Shown in pieces: positions 51,901 through 61,300 of a stretch of DNA of 64,000 bases. The stretch lies in assembly GCA_950097015.1 (NCBI GenBank), contig CATNEN010000003.1, positions 1,612,001 through 1,676,000 of the forward strand. Reading direction: 5' to 3'. The first letter of the stretch is position 1; each line of letters begins with the position of its first letter. Position numbers and translations under genes: made by a program. This stretch comes from Macrostomum hystrix (lineage: Eukaryota; Animalia; Platyhelminthes). Below the pieces are notes generated by a model. It was given only the letters and a program-made list of their open reading frames with translations. It did no database searches and was not told the origin of the DNA.

Positions 51901-52040
51901 GGACTTGGCTTCCGGAATAGCTTCAAAATCGTGCGCTCGTCTAAGCAGTTCTGACTGCTAGTGAACTCTGCTATGTCCTCCGTCTTGAGCTGTTGAGCAG
52001 ATTGCCTCTGTCTGAGACAGCTAGGATACTCGGAATGCAT
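48974..52040 (-). CDS. Orphan multi-pass membrane protein, about 812 aa, 2 exons
   Basis: Exon 1 52040-50409 (544 codons, donor GTGAGT) joins exon 2 49780-48974 (acceptor TTTTTCAG) in phase 0. Roughly 12-14 hydrophobic segments; no family recognised. Confidence 0.8.
50209..50403 (+). mobile_element. Degenerate type 1 SINE copy in the intron of the orphan membrane gene
   Basis: GGGCTCGTCGTGCAATTT, TCAGGAGTCAGCAGAATGGGCAGAATTGCCTC and CAGCCCTCCTGCAAAAATATTA align to the other two copies. Confidence 0.75.
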
Positions 52041-53244
52041 TTGCTTGACTTATTTAATTGTCTGATAAAGTGGCTTAAAACTTGCACAATATAACACACT
52101 AGCTAGCTAGCATCCCAAAGCACTGCATTCGCTCTACATGCGTTTGTCTTCATAAGCGACTACCTTTCAACCATAGACCATCGTTGTACAGACAAGCAAT
52201 TTTTAATTCAGTATTTGAAGTACTTTTTTATTTTAACCTAAATGAAAATATTCTAATATTTACGCTGGGTATTGACCCTTCCTATATCATAGTGTCTAGG
52301 GCTCACACTATGAAAGTCAAAAAATATACTTAAACTACAACAGTTCGCAGTCTATTCTCACGGGAGTACTTTACTGTTCAATAATTAATCATTTCTTAAT
52401 AGTTGAAAGACAACGCTATTTCGCGATAGCTCCCAAACCGAACGAACAATTTTCGTGAAATTGCATCATTTGTGTCAAAATGTTCTGATTTCGATATTTC
52501 TTGTTCTCATTGTGTGTACTGGCCCTCGATCACGTCCTTATGGCTAATCCAGAGGTCGAGACTCGAGTGGTGTCAGATCGATTGGCGATGCAGGGCAGTT
52601 GAAGAGATTTCGTAACTTTATCTACACTGCTGGACCTTCAAGGGCTTTAAATGGTGGATATAGGTCACTATGGACACCCTGGCGCGAATTTCTCCAATTT
52701 CCATTTAGTTTAGCTATTAGTCAGAAACGAGACCTTTTAAACACTCGATTCGATTCCATAATTTTATGGTTCGGTTATATTTTTATTTTCTGACACGCAG
52801 GCAGATATTAAAGTAATGTGTGGTAAAAAAAGCTGTGTTTTAAAACAATTTTTGGTGTTAGAGCTGTCAATAATAATTTAAGCTACTATGAGTACAAGTT
52901 GCTCTATTGTTCTAACTGCGCTGTTAACATTCCGTTAAACTATAAGTAGTACAACAAGCACTTGTGTGTCAATGAGGATTTACTGTGACAAAAGAACAAA
53001 ATACGAGCAGGAATAAGTTAGAGCGAACAATTCATGATTTATATTAGCGGTCATGGGTTAAATTGGTTAGTGACGAGTGACGAGTAGTTACATGCAAAAT
53101 CTTCACCATTGTGATGCTTTTAAACGTCTGTAATCGTTCAATTTTCACGATGAGCAAATTGGTGTCATTCATATAGATTGCAGGTAATAATATGTCAAAA
53201 TGAGAATTTTTTACAAGGTGATAATCAACTTAATAGTGTTGCAT

Positions 53245-55060
53245 ATTCTCCCGTGTCTCATCTCTCCAGTCCCATCTCTCTAGTGTCTCATCTTCCCCGT
53301 GCCTCATCTCCCCCGTGTCTCATCTCTCCCGTGTCTCATATCCCCCGTGTCTTATCTCTCCCGTGTCTTATCTCTCCCCACGTCTCGTCTCTCCCGTATC
53401 TCATCTCTCCCATGTCTTATCTCTCCCGTGTCTCATCTCTCCCGTGTCTCATCTCTCCTGTGTCTCATCTCTCCAGTCTCATCTCTCCCGTGTCTTATCT
53501 CTCCAGTCTTATCTCTCCAGTCTCATCTCTCCAGTCTCATCTCTCCAGTTTCAGCTCTCTAGTGTCTCATCTCTCCCGTGTCTCATCTCTCCCGTGTCTC
53601 ATCTCCCTCGTTTCTCATCTCACCGTGTCTCATCTCCCCAGTGTCTCATCTTTCTAGTCTCATCTCTCCCGTGTCTTATCTCTCCCGTGTCTCATCTCTC
53701 CCGTGTCTCATCTCTCCCGTGTCTCATCTCCCTCGTTTCTCATCTCACCGTGTCTCATCTCCACAGTGTCTCATCTCTCCAGTCTCATCTCTCCCGTGTC
53801 TTATCTCTCCAGTCTCATCTCTCCAGTCTCATCTCTCCAGTCTCATCTCTCCAGTCTCATCTCTCCAGTCTCATCTCTCCAGTCTCATCTCTCCAGTTTC
53901 AGCTCTCTAGTGTCTCATCTCTCCCGTGTCTCATCTCTCCCGTGTCTCATCTCTCCCGTGTCTCATCTCTCCCGTGTCTCATCTCCCTCGTTTCTCATCT
54001 CACCGTGTCTCATCTCCCCAGTGTCTCATCTTTCTAGTCTCATCTCTCCCGTGTCTTATCTCTCCCGTGTCTCATCTCTCCCGTGTCTCATCTCTCCCGT
54101 GTCTCATCTCCCTCGTTTCTCATCTCACCGTGTCTCATCTCCCCAGTGTCTCATCTTTCTAGTCTCATCTCTCCCGTGTCTTATCTCTCCCGTGTCTCAT
54201 CTCTCCCGTGTCTCATCTCTCCCGTGTCTCATCTCTCCCGTGTCTCATCTCTCCCGTGTCTCATCTCCCTCGTTTCTCATCTCACCGTGTCTCATCTCCC
54301 CAGTGTCTCATCTTTCTAGTCTCATCTCTCCCGTGTCTTATCTCTCCCGTGTCTCATCTCTCCCGTGTCTCATCTCTCCCGTGTCTCATCTCCCTCGTTT
54401 CTCATCTCACCGTGTCTCATCTCCCCAGTGTCTCATCTTTCTAGTCTCATCTCTCCCGTGTCTTATCTCTCCCGTGTCTCATCTCTCCCGTGTCTCATCT
54501 CTCCCGTGTCTCATCTCTCCTGTGTCTCATCTCTCCAGTCTCATCTCTCCCGTGTCTTATCTCTCCAGTCTCATCTCTCCAGTCTCATCTCTCCAGTTTC
54601 AGCTCTCTAGTGTCTCATCTCTCCCGTGTCTCATCTCTCCCGTGTCTCATCTCTCCCGTGTCTCATCTCTCCCGTGTCTCATCTCCCTCGTTTCTCATCT
54701 CACCGTGTCTCATCTCCCCAGTGTCTCATCTTTCTAGTCTCATCTCTCCCGTGTCTTATCTCTCCCGTGTCTCATCTCTCCCGTGTCTCATCTCTCCCGT
54801 GTCTCATCTCCCTCGTTTCTCATCTCACCGTGTCTCATCTCCCCAGTGTCTCATCTTTCTAGTCTCATCTCTCCCGTGTCTTATCTCTCCCGTGTCTCAT
54901 CTCTCCCGTGTCTCATCTCTCCCGTGTCTCATCTCCCTCGTTTCTCATCTCACCGTGTCTCATCTCCACAGTGTCTCATCTCTCCAGTCTCATCTCTCCA
55001 GTCTCATCTCTCCAGTTTCAGCTCTCTAGTGTCTCATCCCTCCCGTGTCTCATATTTCTA
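53245..55060. repeat. 14-16 bp TCTCATCTCTCCCGTG family with a higher-order unit of about 125 bp
   Basis: Marker CCTCGTTTCTCATCTCACCG recurs at spacings of about 125-160 bp. Confidence 0.96.
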
Positions 55061-55340
55061 CAGTTAATGCGGCCCGCAGTCGTATTTCAGGTTCTCTCTG
55101 TGGCCCGCTAGCTAATAAGTTAGTCGACCCCGGTTCTATACCATTCAGTGATCAGTTTTCGCTACCCTGACTGAAATCAATACACACTGATATGATATTT
55201 TCTTCTGTCTATGGCAGGACAAGAAAGCGGACCAGCATAGTCTGCGTCTAGACTATAGAACTGCCCGAATGTTAAATTGCTTTATAAAACTCTACATCAG
55301 TAACTAGTTCTTAAACAGCGCTAGAATAAGCGGCTGTCAA

Positions 55341-58300
55341 ATGAAATCAAAAAAGGCGCAAGTGAAAGAGCATGGAGGCACAGCGAATATATCCGCCAAC
55401 AATCTATTGAATCACGAGGAGCTTCTACAAAAGCTCGAAGACAACACTTCGCAGTTTCAGCGACAGCGAGAGGCGTCGCTTGACTGTCACTTGGGCTGGG
55501 AGTTCTACTTTCATTTCAACGATTCGAGCCTCGGCCTACCTTATGAGTCCATGATCACGCTGACTTACTTGGATTCCGATCAAAGTCAAGCCAGACTTCA
55601 GGGTGACCTAGCTGCCCAATCCGGTTCAACTGGACAGAAAAAAATAGCTAACAGATTTCCTCGGCTTGGACGAAAAGGCGAAATTGATACTAGCAGTAGC
55701 GAGGACGATGCAACAGTTGAAATACTGAATAGAGGATCGGTTGCTAGGTAAACATTTACTATTTACAGGGATTGTAGCTTAGTCCTTAGAGCGGCGGACT
55801 CAGGACCAAGAGGTCGGAGGTTCGATTCCCACCTCCATTGGAACAAATTAGGTCCATTCGCAAGACAATTAACTACGCGTTGCTTCAGTTCACCCAGCTT
55901 TTAATTGGGTATCATAATTAGCAGGGGTAATTGAGGGTGGGTGTGGCGTCCCCCTAGTCCATGGACTGAACAGCTGTACGCAGCCTTCAGATGCGCCGCG
56001 CCATAGCTGCGGCTGTGCTGTCGGCTGCACATCCGGCCTTATGGGGCAGGTCTATTACATTAGTATACTTTTAAATTAATTTGAATCTGATTGGCTAAAT
56101 TTTTCTATTTTTAGTCATGATAGGAACCCCCGAAAGTCACGTGACTAGCATTAGCCAATAAAATCTTGCGGATCAATTTCCAGCAGTTGTATTATTAAAA
56201 CGTAGAGTTCTTTATTATTATACCAGAGGGGTAATTGTCAGAACAGTTGCGTCACGTGATCCAAATCAACCCACAACACAGCCTTATAGCTAGCTACGGT
56301 GACCACGTGCAATGGGATTTAGATTTTGAAGATTCCATCGAGCTGAAAAAATGCGTTGTTAAACTCAACGTCATTGTGGCCAGCGCTATCATGGATCCGC
56401 AGTTCGATGCAGCTAACCTCAATTGCATGGATACCACTGTGGCGTCTATAGATACTTTAACACGCAGCCTAGCAGTGAGTGAATATCGATTAAGAATGAG
56501 AAAGTGTGAAATTGAAATCGTCTTTTAAACGTCATTGCGCTCTGCAATGCGCTTAATATATTCTTTTTTACAGGACGACATCAATAAACTACTCAGAAAG
56601 TATCGAATGGTAAGTAGTATATTTCCCCTTCAGTAATTACACCTTTCCACTCATTCCATCATTCCATTATTTTCATGACACTCTTCTTATCCTTCTACTA
56701 CTTCCATTCATCCACTCTTTCCATGATTCCACTCGTTTCAGCATTCCACTCCTTCAATAATTCGACTCTTCCCATCATTCCACTCCTTCCATCATTCCAC
56801 TCCTTCCATCATTCCACTCCTTCCATCCTTACACTCCTTCCATCATTCCACTCCTTCCATCATTCCACTCCTTCCATCATTCCACTCCTTCCATCCTTAC
56901 ACTCCTTCCATCATTCCACTCCTTCCATCCTTACACTCCTTCCATCATTCCACTCCTTCCATCATTCCACTCCTTCCATCATTCCACTCCTTCCATCCTT
57001 ACACTCCTTCCATCATTCCACTCCTTCCATCCTTACACTCCTTCCATCATTCCACTCCTTCCATAATTCCACTCCTTCCATCCTTCCACTCCTTCCATAA
57101 TTCCACTCCTTCCATAATTCCACTCCTTCCATAATTCCACTTCTTCCATCCTTACACTCCTTCCATCCTTACACTCCTTCCATCATTCCACTTCTTCCAT
57201 CATTCCACTCCTTCCATCATTCCACTCCTTCCATAATTCCACTCCTTCCATAATTCCACACCTTCCATCATTCCACTCCTTCCATAATTCCTCTCCTTCC
57301 ATAATTCCACTCCAACCATCATTCCACTCTCTCCATCATTCCACTCTCTCCATCATTCCACTCTCTCCATCATTCCACTCCTTCCACAATTCCACTCCTT
57401 CCATCATTCCACTCCAACCATCATTCCACTCTCTCCATCATTCCACTCCTTCCACAATTCCACTCCTTCCATCATTCCACTCCTTCCATCATTCCACTCG
57501 TTCCATAATTCCACTCCTTCCATAATTCCACTCCTTCCATAATTCCACTCTTTCCATAATTCCACTCTTTCCATCATTCCACTCTCTCCATCCTTAAACA
57601 CTTTCCTTCTTTCCAATCGTAATTAATCTCCCCAAATTGTCCACTGACCAGATGTACCAGTCCTTCGATCCGAACAACCATCCCAGCCAATCCGGCCGCA
57701 TGAGTTCAGCATTGGCCTCTGTATGCGAATTTCTTGGTGTCTCAAGGCTGTCATTTCTAACTGGAATGCTGCAGCCTAACCCAGCCTACTCCAGACCAAC
57801 GACTGGTGGCGGCAAAACAAATTTAATAAACATTGGGACTGCAGAACAGTCTGCCGACTCGATGCCGTTTAGAACCATGGAAATGACGAGTGTAAATAGT
57901 TTAAGACAACCTCGAAAAACTACTCTGATTCAGGATAAATCGACTCCGCGTGAAAATGAAAACTTTACGTATAACGATGTGGCTTTGAAAGGTTTGTGGC
58001 ATGACCTGGGATATGACCTGGGGTATGACCTGGGATATGACCTGGGGTATGACCTGGGATATGACCTGGGGTATGACCTGGGATATGACCTGGGGTATGA
58101 CCTGGGATATGACCTGGGGTATGACCTGGGATATGACCTGGGGTATGACCTGGGATATGACCTGGGGTATGACCTGGGGTATGACCTGGGATATGACCTG
58201 GGGTATGACCTGTTAGACAGGGATATGACCAGGCATATGAACTGTTAGACTGGGATATGACCTGGGATATGACCTGGGATATGACCTGGGATATGACCTG

Positions 58301-61300
58301 TTAGACTGGGATGTCGAATTTTAGAATCCGCTTAACGTTTCAATAATCCTTCATTTGGCAGAGAGTCATGCTACTAGGCGCCAGATTATCTGTCCCTACC
58401 TGAAGATGACGGAGGACTGCGTTGAGGTGATTCGAATCATCGATAAGTTCGACGACACGGACGTGTCCGCTCTGAGACAGTTTCGCAGAAATCTGCTTCA
58501 CTGTTGCTTCCCTATTGCCCGGCTGTTCACGACCCGGGCGGATATCAGAACTGAGGCGCCATCTAAGAAAAGGTAATAAAAAAAAACAATCGTGCTTTGA
58601 TTGTGACTGATTGTCATTTTTAACACAACATCACCTTGAGCTAAGTATAATCTAATGACATTTGTTGATTTACTCTGCAGGTGGCTCTTTGTTGGCGACA
58701 CCTGTCTAGGCCTGATGAACCTTCGCAGCAAAGTCATCGAAGAGATCATGCTGTTCGATAGCTCCTTCACTCTTCGCTGGAGTAATCGAGCTGAGGTCAC
58801 TCATTTCACAGTTTCCAATAGGCATCTGTGAGTTGGGCGACACACTGACACACTGACACACTGACACACTGACACACTGACACACTGACACACTGACACA
58901 CTGACACACTGACACACTGACACACTGACACACTGACACACTGACACACTGACAAACTGACACACTGACACACTGACACAGGGACACACTGACACACTGA
59001 CACACTGACACACTGACACACTGACACACTGACACACTGACACACTGACACACTGACACAGGGACTGAGGGACACTGACACTGACACTGACACTGACACT
59101 GACACTGACACTGACACTGACACTGACACTGACGCTGACACTGACACTGACACTGACACTGACAATGACACTGACACTGACACTGACACTGACAATGACA
59201 CTGACACTGACACTGACACTGACACTGACAATGACACTGACGCTGACACTGACACTGACACTGACACTGACAATGACACTGACACTGACACTGACACTGA
59301 CAACGACACTGACACTGACAATGACACTGACACTGACACTGTAACTGACGATGAAACTTCGCTGTCAAATCGATTTCAGAGAAATGAAGCTGAACTGCCA
59401 GTCAGCACTGAAGCGTCAGACGGTCCTGGATGCAATCCGAATTCAAGCTCTTTGTCACACCCGACCCGGTTGGATGTTCACCCAGGCAGCCGTTGAAATT
59501 CACAGCGTCGACGGAGGCCTCAAAAACGCATTGAAGCACCGCGGCAGTGTTGACGACAGTTCCATTGGCAACAATGAGAGTGAAAACGAAGATGAAAGCT
59601 TCATGGAAATCAACTCACTGCTGTCGATCACCAAAGGAATTGCATTGAAGTCTAGGATTGAAAAGCAGGCTAAACTAGATGGAAAGATTAGACACACAGT
59701 CAAAGACGATAACAGTGACACAAGCGTAGACAATGACCAAGAAGGTACTGCAAAGGCTGAGAGAGCGGAAAATGACAATTTTTATGGTAAATTGGAACTG
59801 GATTTGACCTGGGATATGACCTGGTATTTGACATGGGATATGACCTGGTATTTGACATGGGATATGACCTGGTATTTGACATGGGATATGACCTGGGATA
59901 TGACATGGGATATGACCTGGTATTTGACATGGGATATGACCTGGTATTTGACATGGGATATGACCTGGTATTTGACATGGGATATGACCTGGGATATGAC
60001 ATGGGATATGACCTGGTATTTGACATGGGATATGACCTGGTATTTGACATGGGATATGACCTGGTATTTGACATGGGATATGACCTGGGATATGACATGG
60101 GATATGACCTGGTATTTGACATGGGATATGACCTGGGATATGACATGGGATATGATCTGGTATTTGACATGGGATATGACCTGGGATATGACATGGGATA
60201 TGACCTGGTATTTGACATGGGATATGACCTGGTATTTGACATGGGATAAGACCTCCTAGGAGCAGAGTACCAATGTCCCCAAGCAGCAGAGAACCAATTT
60301 GTCCCCAAGCAGCAGAGAACCAATGTCCCCAAGCAGCAGAGAACCAATGTCCCCATGCAGCAGAGAACCAATGTGCCTATGCAGCAGAGAACCAATGTCC
60401 CCATGCAGCAGAGAACCAATGTCCCCAAGCAGCAGAGAACCAATGTCCCCAAGCAGCAGAGAACCAATGTCCCCATGCAGCAGAGAACCAATGTCCCCAT
60501 GCAGCAGAGAACCAATGTCCCCAAGCAGCAGAGAACCAATGTGCCTATGCAGCAGAGAACCAATGTAGCAATATTTATGTCCTCAGGTCGCAATGAGTTT
60601 GACGCCTTAAGTCAAGACAGCAACAGTGACTCTTCATCAGCCAAGATAACTCAAGAGAGCAGCAGCCAATCGAAAGTTCCCGAACGTTTTCCGGCAACTA
60701 GTTCAAGCAAAGTCGCTAAGACTAATACGGCAAAGAATGTCAAACTGATCGACTTAGAGAAATTTAGCACAATGGGCAGTAGGCAAAAATTACAATCGAT
60801 GCCAAAGTTGCATAAACAAAACTATTCTATGCATCAGCAGGCAGCCAAGATCAACGCTGCCGCATATGAAAATAGAAATGTCAAATTTGCGTCTGACATC
60901 GACAAGACCAACCGAACCTATTTGAATGCAACCGATGCTAACAATGACGACGACGATGATGAAAGCTTTGACTCTAGTGGGAATTCATTCTGATTTGTTT
61001 ACTTAGAGCCTGACACTAGAGCACAAATATCGTTCACACTGACACTGACACTGACACTGACACTGACGCTGACAATGACGCTGACACTGACACTGACACT
61101 GACACTGACACTGACACTGACCCTGACAATGACGCTGACACTGACACTGACACTGACACTGACACTGACACTGACACTGACCCTGACAATGATGCTGACA
61201 CTGACACTGAAACTGACACTGACACTGACACTGACACTGACACTGACACTGACGCTGACACTAACACTGACACTGACACTGACACTAAAAATGACACTGA

